From Phenylobacterium sp. (GTDB lineage Bacteria > Pseudomonadota > Alphaproteobacteria > Caulobacterales > Caulobacteraceae): DNA of 64,000 bases. The position numbers were made by a program, and so were the translations under genes. Where the stretch lies: contig DASVNS010000240.1 in the NCBI GenBank assembly GCA_036383735.1, positions 8,520 to 72,519 on the forward strand, in the 5' to 3' direction. The notes beneath the pieces were generated by a model. The model was not told where the DNA came from, did not search any database, and saw nothing but the letters and a program-made list of their open reading frames with translations. Positions 51,346 through 61,232 of this stretch are shown here, in pieces; the first letter of the stretch is position 1; each line of letters begins with the position of its first letter.

Positions 51346-53266
51346 GGCCGGCATCATCGCAGCCGTCGCCGCCCTCCTCGTCGTCCTTTGGGCGATGTTG
51401 ACGATGGTCGGCACGCTCGCCGGGATTGGCCGGCTCGGCGCCAACGTGGACTTTGTGGCCGTCCCAGGATGGCTGTGGACCTATCGCGGCCATCCCCAGG
51501 TGCAGCTTTGGTTCAAGGTCGCCGCCCTCGGCTCCAGCGTGCTCATCCTGGCGCTGAGCGTCCTGGCGGTCCTTCGGATTCGCCGGCCGCTCCACGGGGC
51601 CGCTCGCTGGGCGAGCGAAGGGGAAATCCTCCGCGAGGGCCTGCGCGCCAAGAAGGGGATCATCCTCGGCCGCAAAGGGTCGGGCTACCTGACGTTCGGC
51701 GGCGCAGAGCATGTGATGCTCTATGCGCCGACGCGCACCGGCAAGGGCGTCGGGGTCGTCATTCCGAACCTCCTCAACTGGCCCGACTCCGTCGTGGTCC
51801 TCGACATCAAGAAGGAGAACTGGGCGGCCAGCGCCGGCTTCCGGGCCGCGCACGGCCAGAAGGTCGTCATGTTCGATCCCCTCGACCCGGAGGGCCGGAC
51901 CGCGCGGTACAACCCCTTGGGCTGGATCGATCGACGCAACGGCGTCGAGGTCCTGGACGAGCTGCAGAAGCTCGCGACCATGCTGTTTCCGGCGCCGGAC
52001 AGGACCGACCCCTTCTGGGCGGAGGCGGCGCGCACCGGCTTTCTCGGCGTCGGCGCCTACGTCGCCGAGACCCCCGACCTGCCCTTCACCATCGGCGAGA
52101 TCTACCGCCAACTCACCACGGGCAACCCAAAGGCCAAGTTCCCTGCCCTGATCGACGCCCGCGCCAAGGGCCCAGCCCCGCTCTCGCGCGGCTGCGTCAA
52201 CGCCCTGAACGACTTCTGCTCGGCGTCGGACAACACCTTCGCCGGGATCAGGCAGACTATCACCTCGCGCATGAACCTCTGGCTCAACCCGCGCGTGGAC
52301 GCCGCGACGAGCGCCAGCGACTTCGACCTGCGCGAGTTGCGCACCAGGCGCACCTCGATCTATCTGGGCGTCACCCCGGACAACATGGCCCGCGTGGCGC
52401 CCCTCTATAACCTCTTCTTCCAGCAGCTCGTGGACCTGAACACCCGCGAGCTGCCGGGCCGCGACCGCCATCCGCTACAGCTGCTGGTCCTGCTCGACGA
52501 GTTCGCCCGCCTCGGCCACGCCGCGGTCATCGCCAAGGGCTTCTCCTACGTGGCTGGCTATGGCCTGCGCCTCCTGCCCGTGATCCAGAGCCCGTCCCAG
52601 CTGCGGGCCGAATATGGACCGGACGTGGCCGACGAGATCATGACCAACTGCGGGGTCGAAGTGGTCTTCACCCCCAAGGAGCTGAAGGTCGCCCAGGACC
52701 TCTCCGAGCGCCTGGGCTACTACACCTATGAGGGTCGCTCGAAGAGCCGACCCACATTCGTCGGCTCCGGCAAGTGGACCACGACCGCCTCAGAACAGCG
52801 CCGCGCCCTCATGCTGCCCCAAGAGCTGCTGCAGATGAGCCGAGACGCGCTGATTGTCCTGCGCGGCGGCATCCCCCCGATCAAGGGGAATAAGCTCTAC
52901 TTCTTCAACAACGGTGATTTCACCAAGCGGGTCCTGCCGCCGCCCGTGGTCCCTGCGCTGCCGGACGTCGCCGGCCAGAGCCCGGGCCGCAGCGGCGAGG
53001 CCGATCGCCTCGACGTCATGGCGGCGGACCTGGCGGCGCTCACCCGCACGGTCGGCGAGATCCACGCGCGCATTGTTGAGCGGCCGCTCACCGAGGCCGA
53101 GGCCGCCGGCGACACCGAGCTCAGCATGGAGGCCATCTCTCTGGAGCTGGACTCCGTCGACCTGGACGACCTCCCCGCCAGAGCCACGGAGGAACAATCC
53201 CAGGAGTGGATCGACCGCTACATCAACTCGGGCCTGCTGCTCGAGACCGACGCTATCGAACGCTGA
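51311..53266 (+). CDS. virD4: VirD4 coupling protein
   Basis: HGAARWA, APTRTGKGVG, LLDEF, QSPSQL. Confidence 0.96.
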   Translation: MTRFASATPAGKAGIIAAVAALLVVLWAMLTMVGTLAGIGRLGANVDFVAVPGWLWTYRGHPQVQLWFKVAALGSSVLILALSVLAVLRIRRPLHGAARWASEGEILREGLRAKKGIILGRKGSGYLTFGGAEHVMLYAPTRTGKGVGVVIPNLLNWPDSVVVLDIKKENWAASAGFRAAHGQKVVMFDPLDPEGRTARYNPLGWIDRRNGVEVLDELQKLATMLFPAPDRTDPFWAEAARTGFLGVGAYVAETPDLPFTIGEIYRQLTTGNPKAKFPALIDARAKGPAPLSRGCVNALNDFCSASDNTFAGIRQTITSRMNLWLNPRVDAATSASDFDLRELRTRRTSIYLGVTPDNMARVAPLYNLFFQQLVDLNTRELPGRDRHPLQLLVLLDEFARLGHAAVIAKGFSYVAGYGLRLLPVIQSPSQLRAEYGPDVADEIMTNCGVEVVFTPKELKVAQDLSERLGYYTYEGRSKSRPTFVGSGKWTTTASEQRRALMLPQELLQMSRDALIVLRGGIPPIKGNKLYFFNNGDFTKRVLPPPVVPALPDVAGQSPGRSGEADRLDVMAADLAALTRTVGEIHARIVERPLTEAEAAGDTELSMEAISLELDSVDLDDLPARATEEQSQEWIDRYINSGLLLETDAIER

Positions 53267-53284
53267 CTGTAGAGGAGGCCGCCC

Positions 53285-54625
53285 ATGGCCGACGAAACCG
53301 ATACCGGCGCCGATGCGGCGCCGACCCCTCCCCCGCCCCAGACCGCTGCGGCGCGACAGCCTGAGCTGCGCAGGAGACCACAGGATGAAGACCGTGACCC
53401 GCCGGAAAACACCGTCTCGCCGGTGTTGGAACGCACGGCCGAACCCGTCGCCGGCGCAGCCGCCGAGCCGGCCCAGCGCCCTCCCGCTGCGAGGGCGGAG
53501 GCCTCCCCTCGGCCGGCCAATGAAAACCAGCCGGAGCGGTTCTCGGTCGAGCGGGGCGACGTCCCCGACGCCATCAAGCGCCGCTACTATTCGGAGGAGC
53601 CGCAGTTCGCGGCCGAGGTCCGCTTCTTCACGGATGCGAAGAGCGACCAGCCCGCCTTCCGCGATGCCGGCGGCAAGTTGACGGCGCGCGACAACACGCC
53701 CGACGTCGTCCGCGATCTTGTCGCAATCGCCGAGCACCGCGGCTGGAAGGCCATCGAGGTCCGCGGCGACGACGCCTTCCGGCGGGCTGTTTGGCTCGAA
53801 GCCCGCACCGCCGGCCTTGAGGTGCGCGGCCACAAGCCCACGGAACGCGACCTGCAGGAGCTGGCGCGTCACCAGGACGCCAGGGACGTCAATTCGATCG
53901 CGCCGGCCAAGGAACGGGCCCGGGCCGCGGAGGAGCCCCAGGACCGGGCAGGACCGGCGGCCGAAGCGCCCCCTCCGTCGGCCAAGCCGCCCCGCATCGA
54001 CTACGACAAGGGCGTCACAGGCAAGCTCCTGGAGAACGGGGAAAGCCCCTACAAGCACCGCCCCGGTCAGGAACTCACCCCCTTCGTGCGGGTCGAACAG
54101 AAGGACGGCCGCCAGGTCGAAGTCTGGGGCGTAGGCCTTCCCGCGGCCCTGCAGCGCTCAGGCGCTCAGGTCGGCGACGAGATCACGCTTCGCCGCGACG
54201 GCGTGGAACGCGTCTCCCGCGCGTTCGAGGTGCGCGACAAGGAGACCGGCGAGTTGAGCCTTCAGCAGCGCCAGGTGCCCCGCAACCGCTGGACCATCGA
54301 GGCTGAACGCTTCCGGGCCGCCACGCCGGCCGAAGCGGCCCGGGACCCGTCCCTGCGCGACGCCCAGAGCCGCCTGGCCGTTGTCGCCGCCGTGGTCAAG
54401 GACCGCCATCCGGATCCCGCGGTGCAGGAGCGGTTGATCGCCGGCGCCAAGGAGAAGATCGCCGGCCATATCGAGCACGGGGCCCGTTTCGCGCGCGCCC
54501 AGATCCGTGAGCCCGTCGCCGAGAAGGAGCGGCCCACCCCCGAACGCGCACCGGCGGCAGAAGCCGCGCCCGTTCCGCAGCCGGACGCCACAAAAGCCGG
54601 TCCCGAACGTACGCGGAGCCGTTGA
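53285..54625 (+). CDS. LPD7-domain protein
   Basis: AFRDAGGKL, IAEHRGWKAIEVRGDDAFRRAVWLEA; WGVGL motif; ends RTRSR. Confidence 0.8.
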   Translation: MADETDTGADAAPTPPPPQTAAARQPELRRRPQDEDRDPPENTVSPVLERTAEPVAGAAAEPAQRPPAARAEASPRPANENQPERFSVERGDVPDAIKRRYYSEEPQFAAEVRFFTDAKSDQPAFRDAGGKLTARDNTPDVVRDLVAIAEHRGWKAIEVRGDDAFRRAVWLEARTAGLEVRGHKPTERDLQELARHQDARDVNSIAPAKERARAAEEPQDRAGPAAEAPPPSAKPPRIDYDKGVTGKLLENGESPYKHRPGQELTPFVRVEQKDGRQVEVWGVGLPAALQRSGAQVGDEITLRRDGVERVSRAFEVRDKETGELSLQQRQVPRNRWTIEAERFRAATPAEAARDPSLRDAQSRLAVVAAVVKDRHPDPAVQERLIAGAKEKIAGHIEHGARFARAQIREPVAEKERPTPERAPAAEAAPVPQPDATKAGPERTRSR

Positions 54626-55074
54626 TGTCGCACCCCTCGCGGCCCGATGGGCCGACGGGCAAGTTTGTTCATACAAACACCCCTCAGCCGCAGCCCTTCG
54701 ATGTGGCCGTGGGACGCCGACTCCGCATGGCGCGTAAGGCCCGCAGCCTCAGCCAAGGCCAGCTCGCCCAAAGCCTCGGCCTGTCCAGCCACCAACAGGT
54801 CCAGAAGTACGAGCAGGGCGCGAACCGGATCTCCGCGTCGAGTCTGGCCAAGGCCGCCATCCGCCTCGGAGTGCCCATCGACTATTTCTTCGTCGACGTG
54901 GAGGGCATGCCCCTGCCGGCCAAGGGCGCAGGCGATCCGATCGCCGAGGAGTTGGCCGCGGATCCTCGCGCCATCGCCCTGCTTCAGGCTTGGCGCAGCC
55001 TTCCCGTCGCCAAGCGCAACTTCTTCGCCGATCTCATCCGATCCGCCGCACAGGAGCCTGGCGATGCCGAATGA
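54625..55074 (+). CDS. XRE-family HTH regulator
   Basis: DVAVGRRLR, QQVQKYEQGANRISAS; TGATG coupling. Confidence 0.9.
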   Translation: MSHPSRPDGPTGKFVHTNTPQPQPFDVAVGRRLRMARKARSLSQGQLAQSLGLSSHQQVQKYEQGANRISASSLAKAAIRLGVPIDYFFVDVEGMPLPAKGAGDPIAEELAADPRAIALLQAWRSLPVAKRNFFADLIRSAAQEPGDAE

Positions 55075-55555
55075 TCGCACCCTGGCCCCTCTGTTCCTCG
55101 GTCGCGGCGCGCGCTTCGTCGAGGCCGGCCGCTGGGCCCAGGCCCGCGGCCTCTCTGACGAGCTGGTCCTGTCGCAGATTTGCTGGGGCCTGGAGCTCGC
55201 GCTGAAGGCCTATCTCCTCGCCCACGGCTGCACCGACGATCACAACCGCCGAGCCCGCCGCCATGACCTGATCAAGGCCAGCTTCGCCGCCCAGCAGCTG
55301 GGCTTGGTCCTCGGCCGGCCCATGGAATGGCTGCTCGCCGACGTCGGCCCCTATGCGCGCCGGCACGCCATTCCCGAGGCCCTGGCGCGCCGCCCGGACC
55401 TTCTGGCCCGACACGACGCCCTGGAGCTGGCGGAGGACCTCGTCCGTCGCGTGCGCCGCAGTCTCATCGGCAATGATGCGCGCACAAACGCCCTCCCCCG
55501 CCCTGCTCTTCTACGTCGGCTAAGCGGCCATGCCGGGACAGCGGAATCGGCCTAG
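55064..55555 (+). CDS. HEPN-like protein
   Basis: GLELALKAYL...RHDL signature. Confidence 0.55.
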   Translation: MPNDRTLAPLFLGRGARFVEAGRWAQARGLSDELVLSQICWGLELALKAYLLAHGCTDDHNRRARRHDLIKASFAAQQLGLVLGRPMEWLLADVGPYARRHAIPEALARRPDLLARHDALELAEDLVRRVRRSLIGNDARTNALPRPALLRRLSGHAGTAESA

Positions 55556-55580
55556 CCTGCGATCGACTGCGGAGACACCC

Positions 55581-55832
55581 ATGGCCGACGCTGAGGACTT
55601 TCTGCCCGCCGGCTACACCCCGACCGAAGAGCTGATGGTCGAAAAGGCCGAGTGCTCCGAATGTGGCCTCAAGACCTTCGAGGATGTGCGGGCCTGGGCC
55701 GACGCCCACGTCCGGGCCACGGGACACCCGGTCGCCCTGACCTTCCTCTACGATGTCCGCGACGAACATTGGCTCGAGCGCTTGCCTTACGAGCGCCAGG
55801 CCGAAATCGAGAACCTTCGTCGCCGGCCCTAG
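55581..55832 (+). CDS. Small CxxC...HxxxxxH putative Zn-binding protein
   Basis: GGAG SD; CSECG...WADAHVRATGH. Confidence 0.6.
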   Translation: MADAEDFLPAGYTPTEELMVEKAECSECGLKTFEDVRAWADAHVRATGHPVALTFLYDVRDEHWLERLPYERQAEIENLRRRP

Positions 55833-55862
55833 GCGACCAAAGATGGGGAGGCGGATTCGCCC

Positions 55863-56714
55863 GTGAAGGCCGACGAATACCTTGAGGGCGTCTTCAAGGA
55901 AGCCTTCAAGCGTGAGCTTGAAGTCGACGAAAACGTCGCCCGCACTCTGCCCTTCTTCGCCGCCACCCTCGCGCTGGTCGTGACCCTCTATGGCTATGCG
56001 ACCACCAAGCTTCCGGCGCTCGAACTTGGTTTTCTGAGCCTTCTCCTCCACCTCCTCCTCATCACAGGCGCGGCCTCTTTGGCCGGCGTGGTCTACAGCC
56101 TCTTTCAGGCCGTCCGGGCGCGGGAATACCGAATCCCGCCAAAGGAAACCGAGCAGATCGCCTGGGCGGAAAGCCTGAAGAGCTTCTATGCCGAGCAGGG
56201 GATGAACCCGGCCGCCGCGGACGAGAAGGTCGCTTCGGATCTTCGCGCCCGCATGCTCGTCGAGTTCGCGGAAGGCGTTGAGCACAACCGAGCCGCCAAC
56301 GCGCCCAAGCTGAAGGCGCGAGCGCAGGGGTTCACCCTCCTGGTCGCCGCGTTAGGCATCGCTTTTCTGATGATCGCGATTATATTCACAACCGACCGCC
56401 TTGCACCGGACGGTCAACCGAGAGAGCCGCATGAGCAACCGCCCCGCCAAAAGCACGACGCCGCCGCCCCCGCGGCCGTCGGCGCAGCGCCAGCCGCCGC
56501 CGCCGCCCAAGCCGCAGGTGCTTCAGGTCGGCGTGAAGTTCCCGGGCGTGCCGGTGGCGAACACGGTCCACAAGTGAGCGACGCGAACAAGGCACCTCAG
56601 GGCGGCGGCCAACCCGCGCAGCAGCCTGCGCCGGCTTCCGCGCCTCCGCCCCCGCCGACACACCAGCTCCTGAAGAAAAGCGAAGACGGCGGCGGCCCGA
56701 TCAAGACCCGCTGA
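55863..56714 (+). CDS. 3-TM hypothetical membrane protein with low-complexity tail
   Basis: GGAGG SD; 2 TM, soluble loop, third TM. Confidence 0.7.
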   Translation: MKADEYLEGVFKEAFKRELEVDENVARTLPFFAATLALVVTLYGYATTKLPALELGFLSLLLHLLLITGAASLAGVVYSLFQAVRAREYRIPPKETEQIAWAESLKSFYAEQGMNPAAADEKVASDLRARMLVEFAEGVEHNRAANAPKLKARAQGFTLLVAALGIAFLMIAIIFTTDRLAPDGQPREPHEQPPRQKHDAAAPAAVGAAPAAAAAQAAGASGRREVPGRAGGEHGPQVSDANKAPQGGGQPAQQPAPASAPPPPPTHQLLKKSEDGGGPIKTR

Positions 56715-56759
56715 TCGCCGCACACCCGAGCCGCTTTGGCGGCTGTTTGTACGTCCAAA

Positions 56760-57827
56760 CTACCGGCTGCGACCTCGGCCCTTGTCAGGCCCGGGTCGGT
56801 CGGGCGTCGTCTCCGGCCCCTTGCGCGCCCTTTGCCGCTCAACCACCATCTGACGAGCCAGCGCCACCTTGCGGCTCACCGGCGGCGGCATGGATTTGAC
56901 GAACGCCTGCACGTCCTTCGCCAGCGCCTGGTCGCGCGGATCGCCCGAGGCCGCGAGCACCTTGGCGGCCGCCTGATAGGTCGCCCGCACCTCCGACTGC
57001 CGCCGACGCATCTGCTCGTCCCAGGGCCGAGGCTTCGCCCCGCCCCGCGCTAGCGCCTCGGCCTCCCGCCGCGCCTCCCGCAGGACGCGCGGCTCGTTCT
57101 GTCCGGTCCGCTCGAACCGCTCCCGCGCCTTCCGGACGGCCGTCCGCTCCGGCTTCTGGGTGATGCCGCGCACGCGACGCGGCGTCGCCTCGGCCTGGAT
57201 GCCCCGCCCCCGCAGCTCCCGGGCGAAGCGCTCGCGCCAGTCGGCCAGGTCCGCCTTGCGAGGGTTTAGCCGCTCGCCGTTCACCCCCAGCGCCCGCACG
57301 CTCAGATGGATGTGGGGCTGCTCGCCCTTGGCGTCCTGGTGAAAGGCGAACACATAAGGAAAGGTGTCGCCGAACTCCGCCCGGGCGAAGGCGCGGACCG
57401 CGTCCTTCATGCGGTCAGGGTCGGTCCCGACGGGCATGCTGAGCACGATGGACACCGACATGTTGCTGTTCGCGCGCCGGCGGCTATCCCCCTCCCCCAC
57501 CTCGCTCCAATCGTCAGCCAGCTCGCGCACGGCGCCGCGGCCATGGATCAGAGCTCCATCCGATTGCTCCAGGTCCAGCTCGCCCTTCCGCGAGATGTAT
57601 TCCAGATGCGCGGCCAGGTGCTCCCCGTCCTTCGTCCGGCCGGTGATCTTCACCATCACCTCGGGAGCTTTCTGGACCACGCGCGCGAGCCGCGCCCTGG
57701 CCTCCCCTCCCCGGCCGCCGCCCTTCGAGGGCGCGGCGATCACCGGCTCCTTGGGGACGATCTTCCGCCCGCCAGCCGGCGGCCGCCAAAGATTGTCGAA
57801 CCCGCGCACGGAGCGGAAGTCGCTCAC
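56760..57827 (-). CDS. virD2: VirD2-like MOBP relaxase
   Basis: PEVMVKITG, HLEYISRKG, IVLSMP, FAFHQD...PHIHL; GTGA coupling to mobC. Confidence 0.92.
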   Translation of the reverse strand: MSDFRSVRGFDNLWRPPAGGRKIVPKEPVIAAPSKGGGRGGEARARLARVVQKAPEVMVKITGRTKDGEHLAAHLEYISRKGELDLEQSDGALIHGRGAVRELADDWSEVGEGDSRRRANSNMSVSIVLSMPVGTDPDRMKDAVRAFARAEFGDTFPYVFAFHQDAKGEQPHIHLSVRALGVNGERLNPRKADLADWRERFARELRGRGIQAEATPRRVRGITQKPERTAVRKARERFERTGQNEPRVLREARREAEALARGGAKPRPWDEQMRRRQSEVRATYQAAAKVLAASGDPRDQALAKDVQAFVKSMPPPVSRKVALARQMVVERQRARKGPETTPDRPGPDKGRGRSR

Positions 57828-58336
57828 GCCTCGTCCTTCCAGTAGTCGAGGTTGCCGCGGAAGGCACCCTTCAGGCCGCGCACGTGGGCGCGGATCTCTT
57901 CGCGGAACGCCTCGAGCTGGGCGATCTCGGCGGAAAGTACGGTCCCTGGCATGACCGCCGTGTTCAGGGCGCGGGTGATCTGGTTGAGGTTCACCCCGAT
58001 CCGCCGCAGCTCCTCCTGCACGGCGTAGACGGCCAGTTCCTCGCGCCGGCCGAACTTCGGCCGGCCGTGCAGGCGTCGCCGTAGGACCGCGAGCGCCCAC
58101 TCGGTCCGCATCAACCCGTCGGCATCGGACGCCTTGTCGAGCGCCGCCTGGTCCTCGTCCTTCAGCCGGATCGTGAGCTTCGTCGACTGGCCTCGGGCCG
58201 CCGTCGGCGGCCTGGGCGCCTCCTGCCCTACAGCCTCAGCCACCAGCTCGCGAAGCCGCTTCGACCGGCCGCCGGAGGCGATCGCGTCGAATTTCGCGGC
58301 CAGCGCATCGGGGAGCTGGAAGGCGAATATGGCCAT
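57824..58336 (-). CDS. mobC: MobC relaxosome accessory protein
   Basis: RHH-like N-terminus; LRRIGVNLNQITRALN. Confidence 0.9.
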   Translation of the reverse strand: MAIFAFQLPDALAAKFDAIASGGRSKRLRELVAEAVGQEAPRPPTAARGQSTKLTIRLKDEDQAALDKASDADGLMRTEWALAVLRRRLHGRPKFGRREELAVYAVQEELRRIGVNLNQITRALNTAVMPGTVLSAEIAQLEAFREEIRAHVRGLKGAFRGNLDYWKDEA

Positions 58337-58600
58337 GAGCGCAGCGTAGTTTATAAAAATGCCGGCGCAAAGCCTATCCTGCCCTCACACCCCTAAAGAC
58401 TCCCCCCACACCAACACACCATCGCACGAGTCGCGCCGAGAGTCTGGCTTGGAGGGCACGTCGTTAAGCTTGGATTCTCTCCCCTGAGCGACCATAGGTT
58501 GCGAACTCCTCGCAAGTGCCCATGTTGAACAAGCGTCGCAGCAGCAGGGACCATGAGCTCGAAGCAAAGAACAGGCAGGGATAGGCTAAGGGGCGTCGCC
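58337..58600 (+). other. oriT with IncP-type nic site
   Basis: CCTATCCTGC at 58373-58382 matches the RP4-type nic, directly upstream of mobC. Confidence 0.8.
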
Positions 58601-58826
58601 CCTCGCGCGCGGGACGTGAAGTCTCCGCTTCGCTCCGACCGGCCGGGGGGTCTCCCCGACCTTCCTCCCTTCGGTCGTGCAGGCCGGGTGATCCCCCTCC
58701 CCCCGGCCGCGTCCCACTTGCTACCCCCAGCCTCGCCGGCGGGCAGGGGTGCAGGGCGGGGCCTGCACCCTGCCTTCCACGAAGGACCTTGCCATGACCG
58801 CAAGGGCCCAGCCGGAGACGAACGCC

Positions 58827-59180
58827 ATGCAGACTAGCGAGCTCGCCCGCCGCGCCCAGCTCACCACCCGCCAGGTGCGCCACTATGAACGCGAAGGCCT
58901 CATCGGGGGCCGCCGCGACGAGAACGGCCACCGCGACTATCCGCCGGAAACCGCATCGGTCGCCCGGCGCATCGGCCACCTGGTGGACCTCGGATTTACG
59001 ACGGGCGAGATCCGCACCTTCATCGACCGGATCTCACCACCCGCCGCTGGCGCAGCATCCCCCAAGGAGCTGCTGCATCGGCGCGAGCGGCTGGCCAGGA
59101 TCGACGCGACCATTGAGACCCTGCGCGCCACCCGGGCCGAGCTGATGGAGCTCTTGGTGAGCGACGTCCTGGACGCCTAG
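58827..59180 (+). CDS. MerR-family HTH protein without Cys ligands
   Basis: SELARR...RQVRHYEREGLI..RRDENGHRDY. Confidence 0.85.
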   Translation: MQTSELARRAQLTTRQVRHYEREGLIGGRRDENGHRDYPPETASVARRIGHLVDLGFTTGEIRTFIDRISPPAAGAASPKELLHRRERLARIDATIETLRATRAELMELLVSDVLDA

Positions 59181-59473
59181 ACGTCGAGATAGAGCCGCCG
59201 TCCGTCCGGCGTCAGCCACATGAGCAAGGTGTCGTACTTCCAGCTCAGCAGCGCGGCCAGGAACACGGCCACGCCGTTCACGACATAGGCCGCCACGGGG
59301 ACGTCCGGCTTTAGCAAATAGCCCACGACGAGAAATGCCGCGCCGACGAACATGTAGGCCCGCAGCGCGAACTTCACGAGCGGCCGGCAATGCAGCATGG
59401 CGAAAAAGACGACATACCGGACCGTCGTCACCGCCCCGCGAAGGATGGCCCCTCTGGCGCCGCGTGCGTCCAA
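59177..59473 (-). CDS. Small membrane protein at the end of the par operon
   Basis: 2-3 hydrophobic segments; abuts the parB stop. Confidence 0.6.
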   Translation of the reverse strand: MDARGARGAILRGAVTTVRYVVFFAMLHCRPLVKFALRAYMFVGAAFLVVGYLLKPDVPVAAYVVNGVAVFLAALLSWKYDTLLMWLTPDGRRLYLDV

Positions 59474-60457
59474 CTACTCGCTCCGGGACCTCACCAGCCG
59501 CACGTTCGCGACCGGCGTGGGCTCTAGGCTGCCCCCCTCCTCGTAGGCGATCAACACCGTCTCCGGATCCGGTCCGGCCTCCAACATGAGCCGCCCCATC
59601 CGCTTGCCGACCTTCACGTCAAAGCCCGCGAGCCGGCCGCCTCGCGGCCCCGCCGCGTCTGCAGCGTCGGCGGAAGTTTGTATGTCCAAACTCCCCTGCC
59701 CTCTGCGGCCTTTTCCAGCCTCCGCAGATGTCTCCACCGCCGCCGCAGGGGTTTTGCCCTCGGAGGCACCCTTCCCCGCCGCAGGCGAGGCCTTGGCGGC
59801 CTTCAGCTCGGCCGACAGGGTGCGGGCCTCGGCCGTGGTGATCTCCTCCCCCTTAGCCGACACGAGCGCGGCGGTCCGTTTCGCGTCGCGCTTCCAGGCG
59901 CCGGAGAGTTCATAGAGCGTCCGCACGCCAAGCTTCGGCGCGAGGTCCTGCAAAGGCTGCGGCATGTCCTTCACCGCCGCATACATGGAAACCTGGTCCT
60001 TCGGCCGCCCTAGCTTCTCGGCGATCTGGGCTTGGCTGAGGCCCAGGTCGAGGAGCCGTTGCACCGCTCCGGCCATCTCCGCCGTGTTCAGTCCTTCGCG
60101 CTGATCGTTCTCGATCACCTGGGCGGCGAGGATCTCGGCCTCGCTCGCGTCGCTCGTCGTGATGATCGCAGGGATTTTCTCCAGTCCCGCCAGCAGCGCA
60201 GCGCGATAGCGCCGCGCACCGTAGCGGATCATGTGCCCCCGTTCGTCCTTGGGCCGGACGGTGATGGGTTGGAGCAGGCTTTTCTCGCGGATCGACGCCG
60301 CCAGCGCTTCCAGCTCGCGCTTGTCGAAGGTCGTTCGCGGATTATTGGGGTCCTCGTAAATCTCCGCCAGAGGAATGTCCTTGAGGCGTGCGCCGTGCGG
60401 CTCTCCGCCTTCCTCGACAAGTCCGCCCACCAGGGCGGCGAAATTGGTCTCAGCCAT
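59474..60457 (-). CDS. parB: ParB/KorB-like partition protein
   Basis: NPRTTF, LLQPITVR, GARRYRA, ENDQRE, HTH. Confidence 0.93.
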   Translation of the reverse strand: MAETNFAALVGGLVEEGGEPHGARLKDIPLAEIYEDPNNPRTTFDKRELEALAASIREKSLLQPITVRPKDERGHMIRYGARRYRAALLAGLEKIPAIITTSDASEAEILAAQVIENDQREGLNTAEMAGAVQRLLDLGLSQAQIAEKLGRPKDQVSMYAAVKDMPQPLQDLAPKLGVRTLYELSGAWKRDAKRTAALVSAKGEEITTAEARTLSAELKAAKASPAAGKGASEGKTPAAAVETSAEAGKGRRGQGSLDIQTSADAADAAGPRGGRLAGFDVKVGKRMGRLMLEAGPDPETVLIAYEEGGSLEPTPVANVRLVRSRSE

Positions 60458-60467
60458 AGCGATCCTC

Positions 60468-61232
60468 TCAGGCGGCGATGGGGGCCGCCATGCGGTCCTT
60501 GATGGTGGCCAGCACGCCCCGGAGTTCCCGGGCCGCGTCCTGCGCCGCCGATTTCTTGATGGTCCAGACGGGCGTCTTGGTGCTCAGCGCCTCGGCGTAG
60601 CCCTGGCGCTGGGTGATGACGCCCTCGAACATGAGCGATGTGCCCCCCTGGCTGAGCAAGGTCTTCAGGTTCTCGCGCTGGCGCGGCGAGTTGCTGACGA
60701 GGCGGGAGGGCAGCAGGCCCAGGAAGCCGATGCGTCGGCCGCCGCGCGCTTGATCCTCGACGAGCTTCACCTGCTTGCGCAACGTGCCCACGCCCTGCAG
60801 CGAGTAGTCCTCAAGATCGATGGGGGAGATGACATAGTCCGTCACCAGCAGGGCCGCGAAGTTGCGCGCGCCCCAGGTCGGCGGCGTGTCGATCACGCAA
60901 AAGTCGAACTGATCCTTAAAGGCCACGAAACGCTTGGCCATCGCCGGGACGGCCGTGTTGATGTTCTGCTCGACGGAATGCAGCTTCTCGTCCGCGCGGA
61001 GCACGGTGATACCGGGCAGGCCCTCGATCTGCACGTCGGGACCGAAGAAGAGGGCGGAGCTCGAGCCCCCGTTGCGCTCGGCGGCGAGGGTGTAGGAGGC
61101 GTTGCCCTGCGGGTCGAGGTCGATGAACAGCACCCGCACCCCGCGCTCCTCGGCCAGGAACCAGGCCAGGTGCACAGCCAGCATGGTCTTGCCGACGCCG
61201 CCCTTCTGGTTGTTGACGACGATCGTCTTCAC
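60468..61232 (-). CDS. parA: ParA/IncC-like ATPase
   Basis: NQKGGVGKT, DLDPQGN, IDTPP; GTG start at 61232. Confidence 0.93.
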   Translation of the reverse strand: MKTIVVNNQKGGVGKTMLAVHLAWFLAEERGVRVLFIDLDPQGNASYTLAAERNGGSSSALFFGPDVQIEGLPGITVLRADEKLHSVEQNINTAVPAMAKRFVAFKDQFDFCVIDTPPTWGARNFAALLVTDYVISPIDLEDYSLQGVGTLRKQVKLVEDQARGGRRIGFLGLLPSRLVSNSPRQRENLKTLLSQGGTSLMFEGVITQRQGYAEALSTKTPVWTIKKSAAQDAARELRGVLATIKDRMAAPIAA

